Of a stretch of DNA of 64,000 nt, positions 27,701-45,945 are shown in pieces; positions within the stretch are counted from its first letter, which is position 1, and the number at the start of each line of letters is the position of its first letter. This DNA comes from Amoebophrya sp. A120. Lineage: Eukaryota > Protista > Dinoflagellata. The DNA lies in assembly GCA_905178155.1 (NCBI GenBank), contig CAJINV010000012.1, forward strand, positions 2,870,353 to 2,934,352, given 5' to 3'. Made by a program: the position numbers and the translations under genes. The notes below the pieces were generated by a model, which saw only the letters and a program-made list of their open reading frames with translations, was not told the origin of the DNA and made no database searches.

Positions 27701-29243
27701 TCAGCACACTCAACCGCACCTGCGGCACGAAGATGTGATTACAGCGCAAATTCCCTAAGCGGAACAGCAACACGCGCTGGTTGTTCCGGGTGGTCACGAG
27801 GGCTTGATTCGCGAAGACGACCGCGGTATGCATCGCAACTATGTCTCGGTGTGGATGATTGGGGGAATCTGTCATGCAAATTGTACATGACCCGCGACGC
27901 CTGTGATGCATGCTCTACTAACTAGCATCTCAGCTTTATCAACGGAAGCCGAGGCTTGCTCATGCCTACCCCGCATGAGACATGCCCCCTTCGGACGGTA
28001 AAAATCTGCGTACCTTTTGCTGCTCATGCAATATAGGTTTTTGTATGCTCGAAAGTTAGCAACACAAATCCCATTCTTTCTAGACATCCAGAGACACTTG
28101 CAATGCATACGCGGCACTCGGGTGCTGTATTTTCGTGACCATGATGGAAAACGCGAGAACGTTGATCAAGATCCCGGCGTATAGATTGCAAAAATGTCTG
28201 GGTCTGGAAGATTGCAACTTGTCATGCTAAATCCGAAGAATGCGAAAATCTGTGTTGCATGAGGGCCAAAAGCTGTCCACTTTCGACCAAGTTAGTAGTA
28301 GTAGTAGTACCATTTGACTCCTGGCGGGTGGGCGTTAGAACAGATTTAGCCTCTGCCAATACCTGGGCGTCGACCAAGCTGGGAGGGAGTTTCTCATGCA
28401 GGATAGGCATAGCAGAGACCTCACAGACTCCGTCATGCTAGGTCCCGCATTCCAGACCTCATGGGTCATGGAAAACCTGCATGACAAGATTAACACTCTT
28501 CCAGACCCAGACATTTTTACAGTTGATACGGCGAACTGTTGAACCGTCGCGAGAAAAAACAGCCCCATCAGCGGTTCATTCTCCGTATCAAATGTAAAAA
28601 TGTCTGGGTCTGGAAGAATGCAACTTGTGATGCTGCATTTGGATTCCAAAAAAATCTGTATTGCATGAGTACCAAAGGGAATGCAATCCTTGCTACGCTG
28701 AGAAGGCATTTGTCATGCCGAATACGCATCAAGAAGCCCTCAAAAAATCTGTATTGCTAGGGTATGCATCACAGACATCATGGCTCATGCAAAACGTGCA
28801 TGACAAGTGTCAGAATCTTCCAGACCACCCAGACATTTTTACATTTGATACTCCGAAAAGTCGTAGGGTAAAAACTGCCCGTAGCCCATGGTAATGACGT
28901 GCGTGACCGACCAGATCAGCGCGATGCCGAAGTAGCTGGACTCCGTCGCGGGAAAATTCGTCCCGGGCACTTGGATGTTGTCTTTCACGAAGGGGAGAGT
29001 CAAAAGCGCGAAGGAGAGGCAAATGGATCCGTAGAAGGCGATGGCGTACACCGCGAGTCTTTGGTAAGAGGTGTCCAGGATCTTGAAATACCAGGAATCA
29101 AAGGTCCCTAAAAACCGCGGATCGGCTAAAGTGGACTTTGTCTTCGTCGGGCGGACGTACTTCGTCTTCGTTTCCTCCTTGGACTTGTTTTCTGCAATGA
29201 TCTGCGCTTTCAGCGCGGAGGGGAGATAGCGAGCAAGTTGCAT
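21757..29243 (-). CDS. Inward-rectifier K+ channel (Kir) with C-terminal CLIC/DHAR-like GST domain and Q/P-rich tail (about 2000 aa)
   Basis: TM1-pore (SVTHVITMGYG)-TM2; Kir cytoplasmic motifs VVFANQALV, LLFRLGNLR, QTLEGE, HVITKDSPL, YFRDDIVFG; GST-N KIPHQ..DMEDKPDW..TPAIIYNGRYLEESSDILELL; GST-C WLYGNRMSLDDV; joins are in frame. Confidence 0.8.
24605..24890. mobile_element. Introner family B, 286 bp
   Basis: DR CTTTC/CTTCC. Confidence 0.9.
26311..26573. mobile_element. Introner family A, 263 bp
   Basis: DR GTCGT; joins MGTT-NKVH. Confidence 0.9.
27827..28109. mobile_element. Introner family A-like (diverged), 283 bp
   Basis: DR CGCGG. Confidence 0.85.
28180..28528. mobile_element. Introner family A with nested insertion, 349 bp
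   Basis: DR CGGCG; contains a 78-bp insert with a 9-bp duplication. Confidence 0.9.
28292..28369 (-). mobile_element. Nested retroposon-like fragment with (TAC)n tail
   Basis: Flanked by TCGACCAAG at 28283-28291 and 28370-28378; sibling element 56233-56499 has a single copy. Confidence 0.65.
28586..28850. mobile_element. Introner family A, 265 bp
   Basis: DR CTCCG; highly similar to 33543-33804. Confidence 0.9.
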
Positions 29244-31540
29244 GGTTCGACGTTTAATTTTGGGGGTTGACAACTTATTGGGCGACGAAGACGATTTTTG
29301 CTGGTAGAATTAAATCCGAGTACTGTAGCTCAGGCGGCCTCGTGCTCCACCTTCGCTACAAATATGAAATGCAACCACAAGCGCCGCGCATGAAGATTAT
29401 TTCTCGGAAATCTTACTGTTTCTAATTGAAACTGTCACGAATTATAGGTTCAAATTTGCTGCGGGTCGTGTTCGTTCGAAGCTGCGAGGGATCCCCGCGA
29501 AAAGGGGGTCAATCTCAATGCGCAGCTTATGCTGACTGCCAGCCTGTCCACCAAATTCGATTTTTCCGCCTCTGAAAAATGATGCTTCTTTGAAAAAAAA
29601 GATCAATTCTAACGAAAGCCATCAAGCTCCACTCAAAATCTCTTTCTTTCACTCCTACTCTCTCGTCTCCGACTACGAAAAAATTCAAGTGAAAATGTAT
29701 ACTGATTCCGTGATTCGGTAAAAAAACCGTTCCAAAATAAATGTGGTCGAAGCCGCCGCGAGAGTCGAACACGTTTAGCATTGATTTCCCCGATGTGGCG
29801 GCGAGTTGTGCTTAGCAGCCATCTTCCGCCCTCCTGACTTAGTGCCGGTTTACTTCTCGCACCAGTGGTTTTTTTCCTTTAGGGTAGCAGAATGGGTACT
29901 ATCCGATTCGAGATATCGGAAAAAACAGGTGGTTGTTTGTGGAGCACGCATATTAGCCAAGAGAGCAATCGATGTGAAGTTGTTCAAGAGGTTCCGTCTA
30001 TAGAAGATGTTTAAAAGGACCGGTAGACTACAGTTTCATACTCGACGACACTCCCCGCACAGAAAGAGGACCAAAATTATGGCACCTTGTTCTGCTGTCG
30101 AAAAAAAATGTACGAAACTGTACTCTGCCGCTCGTTTCAAATAATATCGGGTACTATTACATGCAGAGTAGCAAGACCCAAAAAACAGTTCGCGTTCTGA
30201 ACTAAACACGGCTTCACAAGGAGGATTTTTATGGGGGATGATATTTGTCGCACTTGGTGATTGTGGTTTAAATCATACGAGAATCATACTCGACTATGGG
30301 TACTAGGAAACTCGCAATGCAAGTGGAAAATTTGATTGGAGCTTCTTCCCCAAGGAAAGTCAAAGTGCATTTATCAAATGGAAAATAGTTCGCAATTTAT
30401 AGAGGATAAGTATCAGATTGCTTTAAACTCTTGGTGGCTAATAAATGTTGACCCAGGTCAAAAGTAGATCGTGATCGCCAGGATCTCTACTATTTTTTGC
30501 ATCTTCCAGCTACAATTCCCGTGGCTAACGGACTGGTTGCTGCATATGCATTCTGAATTCGTCCATAGGTGGTGTTGCTGCATATGCATATGCATCCCAT
30601 TCGCATAGGTGGTGTTTTCAAAATCAAAATCTATATGCTCAAACAAAAGTATATTGTCGTTGGTGTAGTTGTCTTAAAATAAACATTCGTGTTGATAGAT
30701 TCTTCCACATGTCTGACAGCTTCTTGTAGTTGTGTGAAAAACAAAAGCCCGACACGTGGGAAGGATCTGGTGCGTTTTGGTATAGATCTGAATATTGATG
30801 ACGTCTTTCCCATATCAAAAAAATGATACAGTATAATTTTCAGACCCGTATGAAAATACGATGACAAGTAGCCATATGTGTTTCTTTTCCCGGTAAAGCG
30901 ATCTTCTCGCATGCTCGTATAGATAAGTTGAAAATAGTACAGCAGAAGCTATCGTCTCCAGCACTTCTGGTGTACAACTTCTAGGGGTAGTTCGTAGCAG
31001 TAGTACTAGCAATATAGGACATTTAGTACTCATTCGCAATAGGTTTCTTGCAATAGTTGAAAATATCCGAAACAAAAGCTCATCGCGGCAATAGTGGTAA
31101 ATAATCAAAATCTCGTGGTAATAGGTTGTTCTTCGTGTAAAAGTGGTTCGTGGTTCGGTTCCGGAAAAATCGACTTAAAAGTTCTTACAGAACATTTTTG
31201 AGTAGGTTCAAGTTGGTTGTTCTTGTTCCGATTTTTCCGATAAAACATTCTTAGGGTTCCTCCTGTACGGCACAACTTCTCTTATCGTTCTCGATAGAGA
31301 AGCAGCAATAGTAAAGACTCTCTAGCAATGTCATCTCGCATGTTCGATATTTTTATCGCGTGCAATAGTTAGTAAAACCGTAGTATGATGAAATAAACTC
31401 GCATTGTTTAGACTCGACTTGTTTTGACTGTTAGCTTATAGGATTTTAAGGGTTCTTGTAGACTATACTTGAACGTGTCACATTGCTGTGCTGGTCGTCC
31501 ATGTCGTCCAATCTCGACTTCTATACAGCTCGGTCAGTAT

Positions 31541-37598
<6,058 letters not shown>

Positions 37599-38570
37599 TT
37601 TGCTTGATTTGTGATGCAGAAAACACAAGTTACAGTTCTACTAACTCAATTCTTCGTGTTTTTCGATGTTATTTACTCGAACAGAACTCGATAGTATTGA
37701 AGATATCAAACCTTGTCCTACCACTAGAAAGAGAATGAACCTTCAGTTCCGAACAAAAAAAATTGACCTGCTGTGTCGTGGTTTGATTTTCGAAGCAATT
37801 TTTATTGGCAATGTAGTTGTACTAGACAAGAGGATCACAATTCTTGATTGCCCTATTCGAAGTGCAGAAATTATTCGGAGCAAGTCAATTTGAATTTTGA
37901 ATTCAGGGTCGAATTTTTGGTTTGTTTTCGAGCAAAATTTTTGGTAGAAAGATGTTTTTTGTACGCTGTTTCGTGCTTATCGGGAAGAAACTTATTTCCT
38001 TTGCCGCGGAACTGGTTTGTTGATTGGAGTTCGTGATTCTTGATTTCTAGAATTCATTTTGCGTCTAGGAGGATTTTTTTTGGTGCGTCCGGGTAGATGA
38101 ACAGCGTTGCAGTGCCATGAAAACAAATTTTAGGATCCAGTAGGTCAGAAAAAACGACCGAGAGGAAGGGGTATAGTACATTTTGCACGTTCTCTTTTCA
38201 ACGTCAGGTGCTTATGCTTTATTTGTTGCGTACGATTTTCCGTGTCTGTCTCTTCATTCGGACGGCTACGGCTCTATTTTTTGCTTTTCTTTCTCTCACG
38301 ATCAAAAAACACTGTCCAATGGTTCTACGAGGCAGTTCTGTTTCGATTTTTCGCTGTACGTACGGCTTCGTTTACGGATACGGAACACGATTTTTCTCTA
38401 CTACGCAGTAGTACGAATTCAGGAATCAGGCTTGCCTGTCCGCATACAAGAATATCTTACGTCGAGGCACAAGAGCTACAGCAGGCGTGGTTCTTCCTCG
38501 TAATATTGCTTCTCATCAACGATTCCGGTATTTGGTTTTGTTCATGATGACGATCTCTGCACGTTCATTA

Positions 38571-40747
38571 TTACATCGTCAGCAAAAGTATCACGAGCAT
38601 CACGCACAGAAAACCGATGTAACACAGCAGGCACCTGCTCGACTGGGATTTGGTTACTTCCTGCAACCGCTTCCCCACGGAGCTCAATCTGGAGCTTGTG
38701 TTCCCGATATTCTCGTTTAGCTCTTCCAGTAAGTCGTTGTGGTAGTTGATCTCGATCTCGATATCCTGGCCTATCTGTTTTAAATTTGACAACGAAGAGG
38801 ACATGTCAAGTGCAAATATGTCTGGGTCTGGAAACTTGTGATGCTGCGTTGGGAATAGAAGTGAATGCTCTGTCATGCACAGGCAAGCATGAGAAATATC
38901 TGCGCTTCTTTGTGTTGCGTTCTTCGCATGACAAACTGCGTTTTTGCATGACAGGCAAAAGGGTCTCTTCTTGGACACGCATCACAAGCTTCTTGGTCAT
39001 GCCAGACAAGCAAGACAAATGCAGTGCATAGGACATGTCGGTCAAAACCTGCTCCTGTTCCTCGATCAGCAACTTCTGCCGTCGCACCTCCCTATCGCGA
39101 GAAAAAACTGTCTCGGTCTCACGTTGTAATGCGGAACTTCCTTGAGACAGCTTTTTGTCATGCTCACCATGCAAGAAAGCTGCCTCACATACGTGTTTTC
39201 CCTTGTGTTCGACGCATCACAGGTTTTGAGTACTATCATGCTCGGCAAATTTGTATTGCTGAGTCTGCAATAAAGGTTTGAGACTGAGACAGTTTTTTCT
39301 CACGATACTCCCCGGCGTAGGTGTAATCTTCTATGGAGCCTCGGTCGTAGGTGGAGTAGCCGGAAGAGTTTTGTTCGGGCTGGAAAACGGAACCGTCATA
39401 GCTTTGATGTTCCGGGCCGGAGGTGCCTGCTGTCGGCAGTAACCGGTTGCCGTCGCCGACCTACGGTACATAGCAGTTGGAAGTTTTTTTTTCGCTAGAT
39501 TGTTCCCTAATTATATGCAAAACACGCATAGCAGAGTGGGTTCTTTCTGATGCACATCAGCATACAGAGAAACAATACTTACACATACGCAACAAGCACG
39601 ACGAATGAAACTCTACAATCATGCTCTCCAGCTTGCGGACTTCCGCCGACAACACTGCTAGCTCATCTGTTCTCTTCAACAATTGCCGCTTTGCCAGCGT
39701 GACGCCGTTATTAGAAAACGCGGCCGCCGGATTAGTGTTGATCAATGCTGCATTGCTACCCGACGACATTGAACCACCCCCGGCAGTGCCACTACTCCCC
39801 TCTCCGCCAGCCCCGGTGCTGCTCTGCGCACCAGGTGTAGAAGTTCCTTGCGACTGCACAATGGCCTCCTGCAGGTTTTTCTCCAGCAGTGCTAACTCCT
39901 TCAAAATGATCCGCAATTCCCGATACTGTGTGTTGTTTGCCCCGATCTGGCTCGCTTTCAGCTTCAGCTGCTGCACGGACCGCGTGATGCGTTTCACGTC
40001 CGAGTTATGGATTGCAAATATGTCTGGGTCTGGAAGGGTGGAACTTGTAATGCTGTCTGGGGAGTCTAAAACTATCTGTGTTGCATGAGCAGCAAGAGGA
40101 GTCCAGTTCTTGGCGTGCGGAGAGGGCGTTTCTCATGCGTGATAAGCATCAAGAAGCCCTCAAAAAATCTGTGATGCTAGGACCTGCATCACAGACCTCA
40201 CGGGTCATGCAAAATGTGCATGACAAACCCCGACTCTTCCAGACCCAGACATTTTTGCAGTTGATACGAGTCCCACAGCGCTTGGTTCCGCCGATTGGTC
40301 GGAGACTGGGCGAGGAAATATTGCAACGAAAAATGCCCCCACCCCAAAATGTGCAAAACTTTCTGATGCAAAGTTCCCAAATGAAGTCCTTCTGTCTTGC
40401 ATGAAAGGACTACGAGTCTTTCTGATGCAGAATCTAGGGGAGTAAAGCATCTTTTGCATGACAGGCCCGGCTGCAGCTGGGCTCTTGCGCAACACAAATT
40501 CGAGCCATTCAGCATGGCAAATTTGTGATGCTGATATATGCAAGACAGGGAATGTTTCTATTGGACCGGTTTGCAATACAAACGCTACCAAGTTCAGGGG
40601 TGGGGGCATTTTTCATTGTAATAGGAAAGGGATCATGTCCAGCCAGGAGGTGGTGCCGTCATGGGCGGGTTGTCGTGCGGCAGATGCTGCTGTAGCTGGT
40701 GCCCGGTTGGCGGCCGCCGCGCTGGAAGAGGAAGAGGAGGAAGCCAT
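38571..40747 (-). CDS. Qc-SNARE (syntaxin 6/8-like)
   Basis: SNARE motif EQEQVLTDMSSSLSNLKQIGQDIEIEINYHNDLLEELNENI; C-terminal TM anchor; helical N-terminal domain; 4 introners. Confidence 0.85.
38804..39030. mobile_element. Introner family A, 227 bp, truncated right TIR
   Basis: DR GGACA; left terminus TGT. Confidence 0.85.
39093..39307. mobile_element. Introner family H (TIR TATCGYGAGAAAAAACTGTCTC), 215 bp
   Basis: About 29-bp TIR; DR CTCCC. Confidence 0.9.
40006..40266. mobile_element. Introner family A, 261 bp
   Basis: DR CGAGT. Confidence 0.9.
40319..40623. mobile_element. Introner family E, 305 bp
   Basis: DR GGAAA. Confidence 0.9.
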
Positions 40748-41265
40748 TGGTGTTTCGGGGTATTTTACTGCTGATACCAGAATGAAGAAAAGAACTCCAG
40801 GGGTATAGACGCTCAAAGAACTGCAAGTAAACTCACTGTATTCTTGCTAGCATGGAGCATGAGGTGGATAGCATTAGAACAAGAAACAAGTTCGGAAAGT
40901 TCTCTATTCGCGAAAAAGTAAGAACAAGTTGCCCGTACTATAGAAAAACCATGCCCAGCTTCGCTCAGGCGCTGACAAGGTGACGATTGCGGCAACTACG
41001 AACAGCGACGAAAAGTACCAAAATGGGATTTGTGTCACTAAGAAGCGGCTGGGGCTGCGACAATTTACTTATTTTCCGATTATCTCAGTACTTCATCTGT
41101 CGCTTTTTCTGATATCGAGAAAATCCAAATCCTACAAATAAAGCACGCGCTGCTAGTAAAGCAGATGAAGCAAGAAGTGCTTTAGCTTTTCTTTTCATGA
41201 TTACTATCACCAGCCCACTTCAGAAGTTCATCGTCGTTTGGCTCCTCGTCATCGAGTCAGCACTT

Positions 41266-42015
41266 TCATTCCGACGTGGTGGTGCTGTGGCTGTCCTCCG
41301 TCACTGTGAGGTCCTCGGTCTTCACAGATGACACAAGTTTGTCATGCAGTTTCCCTACCTCACGCTCACCACTTGCCGCCATACAACAACCCCCCACCTC
41401 GTCCTCGTCTGCGCTGGACTTGATTTGCAGTTTCACCACCGCTCGATGTGCATCTCGTGTGTGTTTGTGGTTTGCCGCCTGCAAGAGACTAATATGTTGA
41501 TCTGCGTCGGGGAGGATCTCGGCAGGTGGTAGTTCTTCCGTCCCTGGCGAGATATCTTCAGTTCCTTGGTACGACCCTTTGTTCGCACTTTCCGCCGCTC
41601 CGCTGTCGACATGATGAGGATCATCGTCCACGGAAGTTGTGAGTAGAAAATCGCTACCCATCTTCCTCCTCTCCCGCCCCTGCAACTCCAACTCCCTCCG
41701 CAAACTCTTCACTTCGAGCAAACAGTAGTACCCAAGCAAGGAGGAGGTCACTATCCCCACCACCTGCAAAACCGTAGACACGCACCACCCCCGAAAGGCG
41801 TACCTCCCGATGGGTTTCAGCCACTGCTTCAGCGGGTGCAGCAAGTCATTCACCGAGGTCGCCGCCGTTTCCACCGCTTTTAACCGTTGCTGCTCGACTA
41901 ACGTCTGGACCTGTTGGTTCAGTTCGCGCCACTTGAGGGTGAAAAAGGTCAAGGTCGTGGCGGAAAAGGTAGAGAACGCCGTGAAGAGAAGAGGAAACAG
42001 AGCGGGGAAGGCCAT
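41266..42015 (-). CDS. Hypothetical membrane protein
   Basis: Intronless ORF from MAFPALFPLL; two hydrophobic segments. Confidence 0.6.
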   Translation of the reverse strand: MAFPALFPLLFTAFSTFSATTLTFFTLKWRELNQQVQTLVEQQRLKAVETAATSVNDLLHPLKQWLKPIGRYAFRGWCVSTVLQVVGIVTSSLLGYYCLLEVKSLRRELELQGRERRKMGSDFLLTTSVDDDPHHVDSGAAESANKGSYQGTEDISPGTEELPPAEILPDADQHISLLQAANHKHTRDAHRAVVKLQIKSSADEDEVGGCCMAASGEREVGKLHDKLVSSVKTEDLTVTEDSHSTTTSE

Positions 42016-42629
42016 GGTGGTAATTGTGTCGTGACGATTGACTGGTATTGTGTGCAGTGAAAGTCGTGATAGTGCTTGAGTACGAGTGGCACGAGTGAAA
42101 AACAACGGTGGCGGCAAGGTAATGCTAGTTTTCGATTGGATCGACGAGGATCATCGCAGGTCGTTGAGGTATATCCTTAGTGCGCGAACAAACACCTCAA
42201 AACCCCAGGTAGCGTCAAGCCTCGCAGGTCTACTACTTATACATCGCACGACGGGGGGAAGACAGCGCACGTGAGAGAGCACCATGATTTTTCAATGAAT
42301 GATGTAATACACTGCTCCGCTCTCGTCGTTGCTCGACCTCCGACGCGAACAACATACTGTGACCACACGAGAGAGCTCCTTAGCACAATGTCGAACAAAC
42401 AAGGCGTCACGCAAAGATAGTTGTGAACACTTTCCTAATACCACCAGTGACACCAGAGTCAGAAAAGTTTCATCGTCAGATGCTTCGAATTTGATGTGTC
42501 GCTTCGCTTCTGAAGAACAAGAACTGTCGTAAGTATTTGCAATGCTTCGTTCGCGGAAAAAAAGCCGAGTGTGCAACCGGTCCTCGAGTTGTTGTTGATG
42601 CAGGCTGTTCTTGAAAGAAAAACCTAAGC

Positions 42630-43516
42630 CTATGCATCTCCAGTTGTACCCTCTTCCATTCCAAACACGTGCTTCCGGAACTCTTCGACCGAAAAAAACG
42701 CGCCACTCGCGCCGCACTTCTCCAATTCAGACACCAACTTCGCATGCTGCCACGCACAGGCGTACGATTTCACCCCCGCAGCCGTCGCCATCTTGATGCC
42801 CGGGGACAGATCGTCCAACACAATACAGTCCGAGGCCTTCAAGTCGAACTGCTTCATGATCTGCAGGGTCGGCCACGCGTTTGGTTTTCTTTCCGATGGA
42901 TCTTCTCTCCACCCGTAAATCACGTCCGGGAGAAAGGGGTGTGGATTCTTATCCGACTTCTGGTTCTCATAGTGCTGCTTGATCACGTCCGCGGGGGAGT
43001 GGGAAACCACTGCGACGAGGCTGATGTGGGGGTGAATTCATAAAGTAAAAATTTTCTCTACTGCACAGTAATCAAGCGCATCAACAACGTGCGAATTATA
43101 TCAACTTAAAAATGATCTCCACAACTCAACACTTCTATACGGAAAGCACTAAATCATGACATCTTCCTCTTTATTCTATACCCTCCCGCTTCTCTCCATT
43201 CCCGCAGCAACTCCAACATCCCGGGGTAAAAGTCCGGCTGTCTTGCTTTCATGAAATCATGCCAGATTTCCATCTCCCGCTTTATTACCTCCTTATCCTC
43301 GCCGAAAACGGTCTTCAAGTACTCCCCCACGCCCGGATTGTGATTCACGCGAAACCACCCCTCCAGATCTATCGGCTCGTGGCTTGGGAGTAGCTCCCGG
43401 CAGCCCGCGACGTGCGCCGGGTGATGGATAGAGGCGGTACTATCGACACACGTGTCATCGTGGTCCAGAATGAGACACTTGTACGTCCTGCGGGGGAGAG
43501 CAGGTCGTGGGGTCAT
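42630..43516 (-). CDS. HAD-superfamily hydrolase/phosphatase
   Basis: Motif I LILDHDDT, motif II VVSHS, motif III RKP, motif IV VLDDLSPG; one GT-AG intron at about 43021-43180. Confidence 0.88.
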
Positions 43517-44652
43517 GATTTTGTGCTACTGTTCAATGAATGCAGCCAATAATCGCAAATTTGCATGCAGCCTACTACTTATGTATGAATCGTTGAGTTT
43601 GCGATACTGAGATAAATATGAACTACGATACCAAGGTGGAACCCTGCCGTAATTCTGCGAGCTGAAGAACCACGTAATAAAAATCCGGAAGGCACAAAAA
43701 TTGCAAGCAAGCACACGGGACCCAAACTGCAGAAAAACACACTTCCAAGAGTCGAGCAGAACCTCCACGGCAAGTGTTGACAAGAAATCTTTTTCTCAGA
43801 AACCTTGTACAGAAAAGATTTGCGCAGCCAGATCGGTATCGATAATTTCTTGCATGGCAATGATTTCGACTTCATTTTCGATCCACCATCTCCTGACCGA
43901 GGATTCCATTACCGAAAATGCATTTGACTCGCGACAAGATATAAATGGCGATCATCTTCTTCCAAATTCATGATCGTTTTGGATCGAATTTTCGAAGACC
44001 CAACGAAAGAGAACCAAACCGCCTGTGTGGCCCAGCCACTGTCCGCGTCCTTTCAACGTGCTTGATCTTGTTTCCGTACTATCGCTTTGCAAAATAAAAC
44101 TGAGATGAGTACTGAGATGAGTACTTACTTATGTTCTTGTCTTCAAATGAAGCTGCTCAGTGCCGTTTTCTTTCGGTTGAGGAATATCGTGGGCCATGCT
44201 TGGTTTGAGTGCATGGTGCAATTCAGCAGCACAGCCATAGGTCCCCTCACTCAGCTTCTCTTCTTTTCCACCAAGTTCATCATCCCAGATTTAGTGAAGC
44301 AAAAGAAATCGTGTCAGCTAAAGAAAACTTTTTCCAGATTCTCAAGGATCAGCATTAGGATTAGTGTACTAGGTTTTACGATAGTGAGGTTTTTTTGTGC
44401 ACGGGCACAACTCATCATCTGTGACAGTGACGACAAAAATGTAAAAATCAACGCTGTGTAGTTAAGCTTGGAATAAAAAAAATGTGACAATTAGCAGATA
44501 CGTAAATTGACGGTGTAGCACACATGACACCGCCGCGAGGACTGTATGATGTGAGCTGGTAAATGTCAAGACAAGATGAAAAGAAATCGCGCATGAAAAC
44601 CACCGGAACTACAGCTCAACCCATTACCGGTAAAAGAGGAGTAAGTACGGTC

Positions 44653-45945
44653 TTACTCATACTCATCCCCCAGCAACCGCTGCGACTCCGCGTCATTGTC
44701 CTGGCTTCCATATCAAATGCAAATATGTCTGGGTCTGGAAGGTCGCCACTTTTGTCATGCATATTTTGCGTGACCCATGATGTCTGTAATGCATGCCGTA
44801 GCATCACAGATTTTTAGAGGGCTTCCTGATGCCTATTCCGCATGAGAGATACCGTCCCCGCGTAGCACAAACTGGACCTTGCTGGTCATGCAATACAGAT
44901 TTTTTTTGGAATCCAAAAACAGCATCACAAGTTGCAACATTCCGGACCCAGACACTTTTGCATTTGATATCCCAACAGAAGAGGACTGCTTGCCGTTTCT
45001 GCGCTGCTTCAGAGAGGAACTTCCCGGCGTGCTGTTAGGACCCGCGGCACCGTGGTCAGCATCCCCCCCGCCGCTGCCCCCGCCAAACGCCAGCGGCGTG
45101 ATCGCCTCAATTTCGATTTCCCCGGCTTCTTCCGCCTTCACTTTCCTGACCGGCATGTTGACCACAGGAGGTCGCCTCGAGTGCACACCGGTCATTTGCC
45201 GCTGGTAGGCGGAGGTCCCCGTCATGTCCTCCGATTGTAAAAACTCATTCGAGTACGGGTGTCCTTCGTCGTGGATGTAATTCGAATTCCGGACAAAGTG
45301 CGACTCGCCGAACTGGTCCACGAACATCTCCGGTTTGTCTTCCATCTGCGAAACCCGGAAATCCCTCCGGTTGTCCTCCTCCTCCTGCTCCCAAACGTCC
45401 ATGTCTTCGTGCCGTTTTTTCGTGATTTTCCCGCACCCGCAGCCGCCGAACCGGTTAATCAGGCACATCCAAATACTGAAGACGACGAGCAGAAAAACGA
45501 TGTGCACCACCATGAAGAGCCACTGCCACCAGGTATTGCGCCACACGTTGTAGCCGGAATTCCAGTGGTAGACCATCGGCTGCGCCACGTCGCCCACATT
45601 GAGGGTGTTCATGGGATCCGGAAGCACCGGCCCCACAGCTCCTGCCGAGGTAAAAGTACCACCCCCACCCGCCTGGAACTCGATAAAGGAGCCTGCATGT
45701 TGTTGTTGGCCGGAAGAACTATGCTCGTGCAGGAACTGGCCGCTGGAAAACAAGTTTGTTGAAATTCCTTGGTCCGAAGTGGGGGAAGAAGATGCCATCA
45801 ACGCTGTATTCCCGCCGCTTCCAATAACGGCGAGCGTCTGCTGCTGGTGCTCTTGGGCCACAACATCTTGGCTGCCGACCAGGAGCTGCTCCGCAGCGGA
45901 GGCCGCCAGGTTGCGGAGCTTCTTCTCCACTTCTTTGATGATCAT
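44653..45945 (-). CDS. Hypothetical single-TM protein; 5' exons possibly further upstream
   Basis: ORF 44833-45990 with TM segment LFMVVHIVFLLVVFSIWMCL; joins to last exon SQDNDAESQRLLGDEYE*. Confidence 0.65.
44711..44969. mobile_element. Introner family A, 259 bp
   Basis: DR TTCCA/TCCCA. Confidence 0.9.
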
